64,000 nt of DNA, from the NCBI RefSeq assembly GCF_009914755.1, contig NC_060934.1, one strand, 5' to 3'. The notes below the pieces were generated by a model. That model saw nothing but the letters and a program-made list of their open reading frames with translations. It had not been told where the DNA came from and did no database searches. The position numbers and the translations under genes are program-made. Each line of letters begins with the position of its first letter. The stretch's first letter is position 1. Source of the DNA: the human T2T-CHM13v2.0 reference genome, Homo sapiens. Shown here one piece after another: positions 32,556-54,130 of this stretch.

Positions 32556-33614
32556 TATCAGGGGAAATTCAGCCCCTGATATTTCAATGTGAGTCCTTTT
32601 CTATTCTCCCTAAGTGTTGGCTGGTCTGAGAAATAAAGGGAAAGAGTACAAAAGAGAGAAATTTTAAAGCTGGGTGTCCAGGGGAGACATCACATGTCGG
32701 CAGGTTCCGTGATGCCCCCTAAACCACAAAACCAGCAAGTTTTCATTAGTGATTTTCAAAAGCGGAAGGAATGTGTGAATAGGGTGTGAGTCACAGAGAT
32801 CACATGCTTCACAAGGTAATAAAATATCACAAGGCAAATGGAGGCAGGGTGAGATCACAGGACCGGAGTGAAATTAAAATTGCTAATGAAGTTTCAGGCA
32901 CTCATTGTCATTGATAACATCTCATCAGGAGACAGGGTTTGAGAGAAGACAACCAGTCTGACCAAAATTTATTAGGCAGGAATTTCCTCTTCCTAATAAG
33001 CCTGGGAGCACTATGGGAGACCAGGCCTTATTTCATCCCTTATCTACAACTGTAAAAGACAGACGTTCTCAAAACAGCCATTTTAGAGACCACCCCTTGG
33101 GAATGCATTCTTCTCAGGGATGTTCCTTGCTGAGAAAAAGAATTCAGTGATATTTCTCCTACTTGCTTTTGAAAGAAGTGAAATATGGCTCTGTTCTGCT
33201 CAGCCCACAGGCAGCCAGACTTCAAGGTTATCTCACTTGTTCCCTGAACATCGCTGTTATCCTGTTTTTTTTTTCAAGGTGCAGATTTCATATTGTTTAA
33301 ACAATTTGTGCAGTTAACACAATCATCACAGGGTCCTGAGGTGACATTCGTCCTCAGCTTAGGAAGATGATGGTATTAAGAGATTAAAGTAAAGACAGGC
33401 ATAGGAAATCACAAGAGTATTGATTGGGGAAGTGGTAAGTGTCCATGAAATTTTCACAATTTATGTTCAGAGATTGCAGTAAAGACAGGTGTAAGAAATT
33501 ATAAAAGAATGAATTTGGGGAACTAATAAATGTCTGTGAAATCTTCACAATTTATCTTCTTCTGCCATGGCTTCAGCTGGTCCCTCCGTTCGGGGTCCCT
33601 GACTTCCTGAAACA
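32556..33614 (-). mobile_element. MER11B/C-type (HERV-K/HML-8) solo LTR, 1059 bp
   Basis: Minus strand starts TGTTTCAGGAAGTCAGGGACCCCGAACGGAGGGACC. Exact TSD TATAGA at 32550-32555 and 33615-33620. Confidence 0.9.
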
Positions 33615-33654
33615 TATAGATGTGAATTTGGGAGCTCTTTAACTATAAAGTTTA

Positions 33655-35676
33655 ATATCTCAAAATAATAAGAGCTATTTATGACAAACCCATAGCCAAT
33701 ATCATATTGAATGGGCAAAAGCTGGAAGCATTCCCTTTGAAAACCAGCACAAGACAAGGATGCCCTCTCTCACCACTCTTATTCAACATAGTATTGGAAG
33801 TCCTGGCCAGAGCAATCAGTCAAGGGGGTATTCAAATGGGAAGAGAAGAAGTCAAATTGTCTCTGTTTGCAGGTGACATGACTGTATACTTAGAAACCCC
33901 ATCATCTCAGCCCCAAAACTGTTTAAGCTGATAAGCAATTTCAGCAAGACCTCAGGATACAAAATCAATGTGCAAAAATAACAAGCATTCCTATAAACCA
34001 ATAATAGACAAGCAGAGAGCCAAATCATGAGTGGACTCCCATTCACAATTGCTACAAAGGGAATAAAATGCCTACTTACACAACTTACAAGCGATGTGAA
34101 GGACCTCTTCAAGGAGAACTACAAACCACTTCTCAAGGAAATAAGAGGTGACACAAATGGAAAAAAATTCCGTGCTCATGAATAGAAAGAATCAATACTG
34201 TGAAAATAGCCATACTGCCCAAAGTAATTCATAGATTCAATGCTATACCCGTCAAACTATCATTGACTTTCTTCACAGAACTAGAAAAGAATAATTTAAA
34301 TTTCATATGAAGCAAAAAAAGAGCCTGTATAGCCAAGACAATCCTAAGCAAAAACAAAGCTGGAGGCATCATTCTACCTGACTTCAAACAATACTACAAG
34401 GCTACAGTAACCAAACAGCATGGTACTGGGAAAACTGGCTAGCCATATGCAGAAAACAGAAACTGGACCCTTTCCTTACACCTTATACAAAAATTAACTC
34501 AAGATGGATTAAACACTTAAACATAAAACCAAAAACCATAAAAACCCCAGAAGAAAACCTAGGCAATACCATTCAGGACATAGGCATGGGCCAAGAGTTT
34601 GTGACTAAAACACAAAAAGCAATGGCAACAAAAGCCAAAATTGACAAATGGGATCTAATTAAACTACAGTGCTTCTGCACAGCCAAAGAAACTGCATCAG
34701 AGTCAACAGGCAACCTACAGAATGGGAGAAATTTTTTGCAATCTATCCATCTGACAAAGGGCTAATATCCAGAATCCACAAAGAACTTAAATTTACAAGA
34801 AAAAAAGAAATATCCCCATCAAAAATGGACAAAGGATATGAACAGATGCTTCTCAAAAGAAGACATTTATGCAGCCAACAAACATATGGAAAAAAGCTTA
34901 TCAACACTGGTCATTAGAGAATGCAAATCAAAACTACAATGAGATACCATCTCATGTCAGTTAGAATGGTGATCCTTACTAAGTCAGGAAACAACAGGTG
35001 TTGGTGAGAATGTTGAGAAATATGAACCCTCTTACACTGTTGGTAGGAGTGTAAATTAGTTCAACCATTGTGGAAGACAGTGTGGTGATTCCTTAAGGAT
35101 CTAGAACTAGAAATTCCACTTGACTCAGCAATCCCATTACTGGGTATATGCCCAAAGGATTATAAACCATTCTACTATAATGACACACGCCCATGTATGT
35201 TTATGTGGCACCGTTCACAATAGCAAAGACTTGGAACCAACCCAAATGCCCATCAATGATGTACTGGATAAAGAAAATGTGGCACATATACACCATGGAA
35301 TACTACACAGCCATAAAAAAGGATGAGTTCATGTCCTTTGCAGGAACATGGATGAAGCTGGAAATCATCATCCTCAGCAACTAACACAGGAACAGAAAAC
35401 CAAACTCCACATGTTTGCACTCATAAATGGGAGTTGAACAATGAGAACACATGGACACAGGGAGGGGAACATCACACATGGGACCTGTTGGGGCACGGGG
35501 GGCCAGCAGGGGGACAGCATTAGGACAAATACCTAATGCGTGTGGGGCTTAAAACCTAGATGACAGGTTCATAGGTGCAGCAAACCACCATGGCACATGT
35601 ATACCTCTGTAACAAACCTGCACGCTCTGCACATGTATCCTGGAACTTAAAGTAAAATAAAAGAAAATTTAAAAAA
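33655..35676 (+). mobile_element. 5'-truncated L1PA (PA7/8-like) with internal deletions, intron 3
   Basis: ORF2 pieces ([19 protein letters not shown]). TSD TATAAAGTTTA at 33644-33654 and 35677-35687. Confidence 0.92.
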
Positions 35677-35933
35677 TATAAAGTTTATCGATCACTTGAT
35701 TATAACAACTTCATTTCAGAGATCCTCCACCAAACAAGAAAACTTTTCCTATAATTTAATTCATTTAGCTATTAAATGATACGCTGGGCCTAATCAATAT
35801 CAAATTAAATAGGTTAAATTTGCAGGATGATTAGAGATGAGGGCATTTAGTTCCTAAAGAAGAAAATTCATTTTAAAAAAGGTACAGAAGAAAAAAACTC
35901 CACTTATCAATTTACACTTTCTTGTTTGCCTTA

Positions 35934-36290
<357 letters not shown>

Positions 36291-36889
36291 AAAGTTTTCA
36301 TTTAATTTTTTAACAAACTAATCTATGTTAATTTGATATTAGTTTGTTAACATAACAAACTAATAATATGTTAGGCATATTATTCATTTATATTTGTTTT
36401 CCTTCTCATAAAACACATTCTGCTCTTACATTTATTTTCTTAAATACATGAATTCACCAACAGTCTCTTTGGTTCCTCTCTACTGGTTCAACACATGACT
36501 CTTTCAGCTATTCATTATATATAAAAAGCTTTGAAATCTCCAACTATTCTTGCCCTTTCCATCTCAGTGCCTTGCTGTCTACTGACTTTGCAGACTGATG
36601 TGATTCCCTCTGAAACATGAATTATTAGGTTTTTAGAAAATGCCTTTTTGTTCTTTCCAAAGTAAAAGACAAATAGGCTGGGAATGTAAATTTAGCATTT
36701 GAACAACCATTATTTAACCAGCTAGGTTGTAATGGTCAACTCAGGATTAATGTAAAAGTGAAGTGTTGATTTTATGCATGCCGAACTCTTTTTTGCTGTT
36801 AAGGGAATTTGTAGGTAAGATAATTTCTAAACTACTATTATCTGTTAACAAATACAGTGTTTTATATCTAAAGTTTAATAGTATTTTAA

Positions 36890-37120
<231 letters not shown>

Positions 37121-38237
37121 TGACAAATCCAAAATTCTACATGGATCAAGCTCTGAAGTGCATTTTTGAATACTACAGTCTTGCCCAGACAGCCTTGGGG
37201 TGAATATCTGGGAAAGACGGCCAAGCCCTTTATTTTATGCATGGGAAATAAATGCCTCAATATAGGCCTGATTTCTAAGCCCATTAGCTCCCTCATCAAT
37301 GTTTTTTCTGCTAAACTCCAAAGCCCTGTTTCTGTAAAGTACTTTGTTGACAGCCCTAAAGCGTGCTCATAGCACTCCATGGATATCCAGGCACTTTGGA
37401 GGCTCCCATTACTCACAAGACTTGTCCTTCAATTAACACTTTGTCGTATTATGTGGCAGAAATATCCTAATTTAAAAGACATTATCTCCTTCTAGTAGGG
37501 AGAATATTTGGGACCATAGAAGCTGCCAAGAAACACTGAATAGGGCAGGGGTGTTTGATATCTCAGTTGGGATCCTAGCTGATGAGATAGCTGGGTTAGG
37601 AATGACAAAATTATTGGTTTTATGGTGTATGAACCATAAACAGACATCACACTTATACCCTGTGCTGAGCTGGCATGTTTTATTCTCTGCCTAAATAATA
37701 ATTGTGTGATTTTATAGAAGTCATTTAACTGCTCTGGTGCACAGTTGGAATTTGAAGTATCTTTGAGCCCCTCCCACTTCTAAAATACTAATTCCATTTC
37801 AGAGGCTGCTTGATAGAAATCAATATAGTAGGGACTAGCTTTGTACTATCAATCAGGTTGTCCAAATTCTTTTAACCTATGCTGTCATCTACAAAACGTG
37901 AATGTAGTAATTCATGCCATCTTATATTTCAAGATTATAGAGAAGAATTGTAAAAAGTAACAGAATTAACATAAAGATGCTTTTATACTATAAAAAGGAG
38001 GTCTGAGTCTAGGAAATGATTATCATCTGGTTAGAATTGATCCTCTGGTCAGAATTTTCTTTCTCAAATCTTTTATAATCAGAGAATTACTACATATGTA
38101 CAATAAAAATTTCCCCATCAAGATATACAATATATTTTATTTATATTTATAGCTGTAATTTACAACCAGAGCTTGGTATATGGTATGTATGCTTTTATTA
38201 AAATCTTTTAATTTAATAAATTATTGTTTTCTCTTAG

Positions 38238-38468
<231 letters not shown>

Positions 38469-38554
38469 TGACTAGTTCTGTGTTTACTAAGGATGTTTAA
38501 CTGGTCAATCAGTAATGCTTGAGAAGCACTTTAAGTTTTTATTGTATGAATGAA

Positions 38555-40705
38555 TAACAAAATAGACCACTAGCTAGACTAATAAAGAAGAAAAAAGAGA
38601 AGAATCAAATAGACACAATAAAAATGATAAAGGGGAGATCACCACTGAGCCCACAGAAATATAAACTACCATCAGAGAATAGTATAAACACCTCTATGCT
38701 AATAAACTAGAAAATCTAGAAGAAATGGATAAATTCATGGACACATACACTCTCCCAAGACTAAACAAGGAAGAAGTCAAATCCCTGAATAGACCAATAA
38801 CAAGTTCTGAAGTTGAGGCGGTAGTTAATAGCCTAACAACCAAAAAAAGTCCAGGACCAGATGGATTCACAGCCAAATTCTACCAGGGGCACAAAGAGGA
38901 GCTGACACTATTCCTTCTGAAACTATTCCAAATAATAGAAAAAGAGGGACTCCTCCTTAACTCATTTTATGAGGCTAGCATCATCCTGATACCCAAACCG
39001 GGCAGAGACATAACAGAAAAAGAACATTTCAGGCCAATATCCCTGATGAACACCAATGCAAAAATCCACAACAAAATACTGCCAAACCAAATCCAGCAGC
39101 ACATCAAAAAGCTTATCCACCATGATCAAGTAGCCTTCATCCCTGAGATGCAAGGCTGTTTCAATATTTGCAAATCAATAAATGTAATCCATCACATAAA
39201 AAGAACCAATGACAAAAACCACATGATTGTCTCAATAGATGCAGAAAAGGCCTTTGATAAAGTTCAATACCCTTCATGCTAAGAATTCTCAATAAACTAA
39301 GTAATGATGGAACATATCTCAAAATAGTAAGAGCTGTTTATGACAAACCCACAGCCAATATCATACTGAATGGGCAGAAGCTGGAAGGATTCCCTTTGAA
39401 AACCAGCACAAGACAAGGATGCCCTCTCTCACCACTCCTATTCAACATAGTATTGGAAGCTCTGGCCAGGGCAGTCAGGCAAGAGAAAGAAATGAAGTAT
39501 TGAAATAGGAAGAGAGAAAGTCAAACTGTCTCTATTCGCAGATGACATGATTGTATATTTAGAAAACCCCTTTGTCTCAGCCCAAAATCTCAAGTTGATA
39601 AGCAACTTCAGTATAGTCTCAGGTTATAAAATCAATGTGCAAAAATCACAACCATTTCTATACACCAATAATAGACAGACAGCCAAATAATGAGTGAACT
39701 CCCACTCACAATTGCTACAAAGAGAATATAATACCTAGGACACAAACAAATGGAAAAACATTCCATGCTCATGGATAGGAAGAATCAATATCATGAAAAT
39801 GGCCACTGCCCAAAGTAATTTATAGATTCAATTCTATCCCCATCAAGCTATCATTGCCTTTCTTCACAGAACTAGAAAAATCTACTTTACATTTTATATG
39901 GAACGAAAGAAGAGCCCACATAGCCAAGAAAATCTAAGCAAAAAGAACAAAAAGTTCATAATCACTGGGACATTGGAGAAATGCAAATCAAAGTCCCAAT
40001 GAGGTACCATCTCATGCCAGTTAGAATGGTGATCATTAAAAAGTCAGGAAACAACAGATGCTGGAGAAGATGTGGAGAAATAGGAATGCTTTTACACCGT
40101 TAGTGGGAGTGTAAATTAGTTCAACCATTATGGAAGACAGTGTGCTGATTCCTCAAGGATCTGGAACAAGAAATACCATTTGACCCAGTAATCCTGTTAC
40201 TGGGTATATACCCAAAGGATTATAAATCATTCTACTGTAAAGACACATGTGCACGTATGTTTATTGCAGTACTATTCACAATAGCAAAGACTTGGGACCA
40301 ACCCAAATGCTGATGAATGACAGTCTGGATAAAGAAAATGTGGCACATATACACCATGGAATACAGTGCTGCCATAAAAAAGGATGAGTTCATGTCCTCT
40401 GCAGGGATATGGGTGAAGCTGGAAACCATCATCCTCAGCAAACTAACACAGGAACAGAAAACCAAACATTGTATGTTCTAACTCATTAATGGGAGTTGAA
40501 CAATGAGAACACATGGACACATGGAGGGGAACATCAACACCGGGGCCTGTCAGGGGGTGGGGGACTTGGGGAGGGATAGCATTAGAAGAAATACCTAATG
40601 TGGATGACAGGTTGATGGGTGCAGCAAACCACCATGGCGCGTGTATACCTACGTAAAAAACCTGCATGTTCTGCACATGTATCCCAGAACTTAAAGTATA
40701 AATAT
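38555..40705 (+). mobile_element. L1PA fragment (ORF2 RT region to 3'UTR) with large internal deletions, intron 5
   Basis: ORFs 38725..39282 and 39276..39503 are L1 ORF2. Sequence jumps at ~39740 and ~39950. 3'UTR to ~40705. Confidence 0.92.
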
Positions 40706-42155
40706 ATAAATCTACCCAAGGAGAAACAGAATGCACATTCCAGGTGAAATGGAATCAATTACTGACAAATATGAAAACATAAAATATGCCCTGTGATGAA
40801 GATGGGTGTCATTATTGCACACAGTTTATTTGAGAATGGGAAAGAATGACTTAACCTAGGTGGGTTTCCTGCATTCCTGCAAATTGAAATAGGCCATAAA
40901 ATATTTGCAGTGAGAGTCAGAGGAGGGGTTTCAGATAGGTTGGAATGCTCTACATGGAGGTGCAGAGGTGGGTGATGGGAAAGAGTAGGTGGATGGAAGA
41001 GGGAAAGGAAGCCTTTATTGAGTGAGAACAAAAATGATTTGTACAGATAACAGTTGGAATTTAGTGTCTATCAGATAAGGCGTAAACATCAATGCCGTTG
41101 TCATCGCACCATTGTTGAAAACGCTATTTTTTCCCCTATTGAATTGCCTTGGCAACCTTGTCAAAATCCAATTGACTATAAATGTGTGAAAGGTTTTTTT
41201 CTGTGTGCTCTCAATTGTACTCCATTGATCTATATGTCTGTCGTAATCCCTATAGTGCACCATCTTAATTACTGTAGTATTGTATTAATATCAAGTTATT
41301 ATATCAAATCAAGGAGTGTGAGTCTTTGTTGTTCTTTTTCAATACGTTTTCACTATTCTGGGTCCCTTGAATCTTCATATGAAATTTAGAATACACTTGT
41401 CAATTTTCTCAAAGGAGCCAATGGGGATTTTGACACGATTGCATTAAATCAGTAGATCAGGGAATTATGCCATTTTTAAAATTGAAGTGAAATTCACACA
41501 ATATACAATTAACCATTTTAAAGTGTAGACTTGAGTGGTATTTAGTGTATTCACAATGTTGTACAACCACCAGCTTTCTCTGGTTTCAAAATGTTTTTAT
41601 TACTTCACAAAAACATATCATATTCATTAAATAATCACTCCATTCCTCCAACCCATCATGTAATTACCTCTAATCTTCTTTCTGTTTCTATGGATTTGCC
41701 TGTTATGGATATATAAAGGACTCACAGCATATGTAACCTGTTATGTCTGAGTCCTTTCACTTATAATGTTTTGGAGGCTCATCTAAGTTGCAACATGTAT
41801 CAGTACTTCATTCTTTTTTGTCGCTGAAATATATTTTATTTTTCCATGCACATATATCACAATTTGTTATTCATCTGTTTATGGACATTTGCATTGTTTC
41901 CAACCTTTGGCTCTTATAGATAATCTTGCTTTGATCATTTGTGTATGTTTCTTTATGGGCATATTTTCATCATTCTTGGGTATATTCTCAGGAGTTGAAT
42001 TGCTGGGTCAAATGGTAATTTTATGCTTATCTTCTTGTATATAAGAGCCAATCTTTTCTACAGTGAATGTGGCATTTTATATTCCTTCCAGCAATGTAGA
42101 AGGATTTCTATTTTCCACATAGTTGCTAATACTTGTAACTTTCTGTATTTATTGA

Positions 42156-42500
<345 letters not shown>

Positions 42501-43211
42501 CTCATTGTGGTTTTAACTTGTGTTTAATGGCCAATGATTTTGAACTTCTTTTAATATATTATTACCCATTTGTATATCTTCTTTGGATAAATGCCATTCA
42601 AGTACATTTTCTGTTTAAATTAAGTTGACTTTATTTTTCTTTTTAAGCTGTTAGAATGATTTATGTATTCAAAACATTAAACTCCTACATATACATAATA
42701 TGAAGATATTTCCTCCCATTCTGTTGGTTGTCATTTCACATTCTCAATTATATTCTTGCTGCACAAAGTTTAATTTTGATGAAGTTTGGTTTATCTATCT
42801 TTCCTTTTGCCACTCTGGTATCAAATTTATAAATCTATTGCCAAATATGAAGTCATGAAGATTTACCCCTACATTTTATTCTAAGAGTTTTATCGTTTTA
42901 GCTCTTATATTTAAGTTTTTCCATCCATTTTCAGTTATATTTTTCATTTGGAGTGAAGTAAGGGAGATCTCAGCTTCATTCTTCTGCATTTCGCTGTCCT
43001 GTTGTCTCATCACCATTTGTTGAAGAGACTCTTTCCTCAGATTGAATGGTCTAGGCACCCTTGATGAAAGTAAATTTGCCATAGATCTTTAGGTTTATTT
43101 CGTGATTTCAGTTTTATTCCATTTGTCTTGATGTCTATCTTTATGCTAGTACCACACTGTTTTGATTATTACAGTTTGTAGTAAGTTTGAAGTTGGAAAC
43201 TGAGTACTCAC

Positions 43212-43715
43212 TGATACAGAAATTAAGTAGAAATTACTTAGGCAAATAGTAAGCATTTGGGAGTCCTCAGTAAGGTTTTTCTTTATACTGGAAAGCAGCC
43301 CCAAATCATTTTCTAACAAAGAGCAGCTTGTAAAATCGAGCTGCAGACATACACAAGGAAGCTGGAAACTTGCACGAGTGAAAGCTGGTAGTAAAGAACT
43401 ACCTGTGACCAGGCAAGTTCAAAATGGCGGCTCCTTCCCCACCCACTATGTAAATGTCACACCTGATTAAACCAATCTCTGGGCCATACGTAAATCAGAC
43501 ACTGCTTCCTCCAGCCTCCCTATGCAATCTGCTGTGGTCCACCTCCTTCCCCCTTTTCCGATGTCCCTCTCTTTCACAAGAAGCTGCTTTTTTCTCTCCT
43601 TTCTTCTATTAAACTTTCTGCTACATAACCCACTCAGATGTGTCCGTGTCCTAAATTTTTCTGGGGCATGATGACAAACCTGAGGGTGTATATCCCAGAC
43701 AACGTAGCTGCTTCA
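43212..43715 (+). mobile_element. ERV1 solo LTR (MER61-like), 504 bp
   Basis: TG...CA termini, 4-bp TSD TCAC at 43208-43211 and 43716-43719, internal ATTAAA. Subfamily name uncertain. Confidence 0.75.
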
Positions 43716-44043
43716 TCACCATGTAGTTGCATATTAATTGAACAATCAACTTTCCCATTTCTGGAAAAAAGACCATTGGTATTGTGGTAGGGATTGCCTG
43801 AGTTTTTAGATCACTTTGAGGAGTACTGCCATCTTAACGATATTAAGTCTTCCAATCCCTGAACATGAGATAGTTTTCAATTTATGTAGGTATTAGATAT
43901 TCTTTTTTCTTCTGTTGCAAGGGTCTGGTTTAGTTTAAAAGGCAAGTTTATCTTAAATTTTTTTATTTAGTTATGACCATTGAGGATTTTAAAATGATAC
44001 CATATGAAATGCCTTCTTTTAAAAAAAATTTCAACTTTTATTT

Positions 44044-49897
<5,854 letters not shown>

Positions 49898-49910
49898 TCA
49901 ACTTTTATTT

Positions 49911-52900
49911 TGAAGTGCACGTTCATGTGTCTTACATAGGTATATTGTGTGATGCTGAAGTTTAGGGTACAAATAATGCCATCACACAGGTAGTGAGACT
50001 AGTACCCAATAGGTAGTTTTTCAGCCCTTGCCTTTATATCTCTCTACCCTCTATAGTAATTCCTTGTGTATTTTTTCCATCTTTGTGTCCCACTTTTATA
50101 TGAGAACATGTGGTATTTGGATTTCTGTTGCTGCATTAATTCCCTCAAGATAATGGCTTCCAGCTACATCTATGTTGCTGCAAAGACATGATTTTTTTTA
50201 ATGGCTGCATAGCATTTCATGGTGTATATACACCACATTTTGTTTATGTGACACATGATTGGTTGGTTCTATGTCTTTACTATTGTGAATAGTGCAGGAA
50301 TGGACATACTAGCACGTGTCGTTTTGGTAGAACAATTTGTTTTCCTCTGGGTACATACTCAGTAGTGGAATTGCTGCATCGAATGGTAGTTCTGCTTTTA
50401 GTTCTTTGAGAAATCTCAAAACTGGTTTCCATAGTGGCTGAACTAACTTACATTCCCACCAGTAGTATATAAGTGTTCTGTTTTCTCTGCAGTCTCACCA
50501 ACATCTGTTATTTTTTGGCTTTTTAATCATATCCATTTTGATTGGCATGAGATGATATCTCATTGTGGTTTTGATTTGCATTTCTCTGATGATTAGTGAT
50601 GTTGAGTGTTTTCTCATATGCTTGTTGGCCATGTGTGTGTCTTCTTTGGAAGGACATATGTCCTTTGCCCACTTTTTAATGGGGTTACTTGTTTTTTAAC
50701 TTGTTGAATTGTCTAACTTCCTTATAGATTCTCGCTATTGAAACATTGTTGGATTCACAGTTTGCAAATATTTTGTCCCATTCTGTAGGTTGTCTGTTTA
50801 TTCTGTTGATAGTTTCTCTTGCTGTGCAGAAGCTCTTTAATTAGGTCCCACTTGTCAATATTCATTTTGGTTACAATTGCTTTTGAGGAGTTATTCATAA
50901 GTTCTTTGCTAAAGCCTGTATCCAGAATGTTATTTTATAGATATTTTTCCATCAGATTCTTATAGTTTGAGGTCTTAAATTTAGATCATTAATCCATTTC
51001 GAGTTAATTATTGTATATGGTTCAAGGAAGTGTTTCAGTTTCATTCTGCATATGGCTAGTCAGTTATCCTCATTCAATTTACTAAATAGAGAATTCTTTC
51101 CTCATTGATTATTTTTTGTCAACTTTGTTGAAGATCAGATGGCTATAGGTGTGTGGCTTTATTTCTGGCTTCTCTACTTCTGTTCAATTTGTGTTTTGTA
51201 CCAGTTACATGCTCTCTTGGTTACTGTAGCTTACAGTATAGTTTGAAGTCAATGTGAAGCTTCCCACTGTTCTTTTTGTTTAGGATTGCTTTGGATTTGG
51301 GCTCTTCTTTGGTTCCATATGAATTTTAGAATAAAATAATATTGGTAGTTTGATAGGAATAGCATTGAATCTGTAGATAGCTTTGGGCAGTCTAGCCATT
51401 TTAATGATATTGATTGTTTCAATCCATAAGCCTGAACTGTTTTTCCATTTGTTTGTGTCATCTATGATTTTGTTCATCAGTATTTTGTAGCTCTCCTTGT
51501 AGAGACCTTTTTGCCCCCTTTGTTAGTTGTATTCCTAGGTTTTTTCTTGTGGCTATTGTAAATGGGATTGAGTTCTTGATTGGCTTTCAGGATGAACATT
51601 TTTGGTGTTTAAAAATGCTACAGATTTTTGCATATTTATTTTGTGTACTGAAATCTCACTGAAGTTGTATGTCAGTTCCAGGAGTTTTTGGAAAGTTCTT
51701 TAGGGTTTTCTAGGTCTGAATTGGGTCTTCTAGGTCTGAGATGGGTCTTCTACTTCTACTAGTAGGAGATGGGCCTTGCAATCTTGAAGACAGTAGAAGG
51801 ATGGGTCTTATTTTTAATCCAACTTCCTACTCTTTGCCTTTTATGTGGAGCATTTAGACTTTATCTTCAATGTTAACACTGATATATGAGGTTTTGATTC
51901 TATTGTGAAGTTGTTAGCTGGTTGTTTTGTAGTTTCTATTGTGTGATTGCTTTATAGAGTCTGTGGGCTATATACTTAAGTGTGTTTTGTGGTAGCAGGT
52001 ATTGTTCTTTCACTTCCATATTTAGAACTCCCTTAATGATCTCTTATAAGGCTGGTCTAATGGTAACAGATTTTCCTGGTAGTTACTTGTTTGGACAAGA
52101 TTGTATTTCTTCCTTGATTTTGAAGCATAGTTTGGCAAAATATAAAATTCTTTTTTGTAATTTTTATTAAAATGAATGTTGAAAATAGGCTGAGCATCCT
52201 TTTAGCTTGACAAGGTTCTCTTTGTATGTGATCTGATTTTTTTCTCTAGCTGCCTTTAAAATTATTTTTTAGCCTTGACTTTGGACAGCCTGGTGAGTAA
52301 ATGCCTTGGTGATGTTAATTTTGTATAGTGTCTCACATATATTCCCTGGGTTTATTGTATTTGGATGTCTACCTTTCTAGCAAGTTTGGGAAAATTTTCT
52401 CAACTTATTAGCCCAAATGTATTTTCTAGATTGTTTACTTTTTCTTCTCTCTCAGGAATGCCAATAATTCCTAGGTTTACTCCTTTTAAATAATCAGATA
52501 TTTCTTGAAGACTGTTCATTTATTAAAATTATTTTTTCTTTATTTTTGTCTGACTTGGTTAGTTCAAAAGACTGGTGTTCAAGCTCTGAAATTGGTCCAG
52601 TCTATTGATAAACGCTTCAATTGAATTCTGAAATTCCTTAAGTGACTCTTTCAATTCCAGAAGCTTTGATTGATTTCTTTTTAAGATGTTTACTTCTCGC
52701 TCCATTTCCTGGACTGCTTTAGTAGTTTGTTTGCATTAATTTTCAACCCTGCCTTGGATCACTGAGCTTACTTGCAGTCCATATTTTGAATAGTTTATCT
52801 GTCATTTCTGAGTTGCCAGTTTGGTTAGGGTTCATTGCTGGGGAGTTCATGTGATCCTTTGGAGGTTTTACGACATTCAGACATTTCATGGTGCCAGAAG

Positions 52901-53370
52901 TCTTATGCTGGTTTCTTCTTATTTGGAGAGGCTGCCGCTTCTGATTTTTGAAATTATTTTTGTGCAGATAGAATTGTTTTTCTCTCCCTATTTTTGTTCT
53001 TTCCTTTTTCTCTTCCCCTTCCTATGGGATGTGACTATAAAGTATGTTGGGTAGGGCCTTTGACTTGGATTCTATAGCTGTGTTCACTTCTGTGGGTAGT
53101 TTTATATTGGCCTGTGCAGTTTGACATACATGTCAGTAGATGGCACTTATGAGCAAAAGCCAGCTGTGACTAGGACAACTTGATATAGCACAGCTTGATC
53201 CTTGTTTTCTGGGGGAACTTCTCTGTTTCCTCAGATAATCTGTTCATCTGTGGAATTCAGAGTAGTCTGGGCTCCCTGCTGAGCCCCAGGGGGATAAAGA
53301 TCGGTGTCACTGGACTGGGCAGTCCTGTCTACAGGTCCCCTAATGGCAGGCACTAGCACCAGCACTGAGA
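49911..53370 (-). mobile_element. Older L1 (L1PA13-16/L1PB-like), antisense, with large internal deletion
   Basis: 3'UTR, then ORF2 pieces (51280..51477), a jump at ~51710-51790 to the ORF2 start, then ORF1 and 5'UTR. Confidence 0.85.
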
Positions 53371-54130
53371 GACAACTGATTTTTGCATTGATCTTGTACC
53401 CTGAAATTATGCTGAAATCATTTATTAGCTCTACTTATTTTCTATCTGTATTGCATGAGATTTTTCTATATAGAGAGAATCATGTTTCAGTCAAATACAC
53501 ATGATTTGAATTTTTCCTTTCCTATTTGAATGTGTTTTATTTCATTTCTTGCCTAATTGCTCTGGCTAGAACTTCCAATACTATGTTTAATAGTAGTAAA
53601 AATGGACATCCTTGTTTTTTTTCTTTTCTTTCTGATTTTAAGTTACAAGTTTTAGTCTTTCACAATTTAGTATGCTTTAGCTTTGCAGTTTTCATAAATA
53701 TGCTTTATTATGATAAAGGAGTTTTATTTCATTTATAGTTTTCTGAGTGTTTTTGTTATGATGGGTATTAAAAGTTGTCAATTTTTTTTTCTGCATCTAA
53801 TGAGATGAACATGATTTTCTCTTTTATTCTGATATGGTGTAGTGCACTGATTGACTTTCTTGTTGAACCACTTTTGAATTTCTGGGATAAATCTCACTTG
53901 CTTATTGTGAGATTTATTTTTATAATGTTTATTATTATAATTTTTTAATTTTGTAAAAAATTGTTGCAAAATACACATAACATAAAAGTTTCTGTATTAA
54001 TCATTTTAAGTGCATAGTATTTTGGTATTAATTACATTCACATTGTTGTGCAAATGTCACTGCCATACATCTGTAGAATTCTTTTCATCTTGCAAAACAG
54101 AAACTTTATACCCATTTAATAATAACTCTT

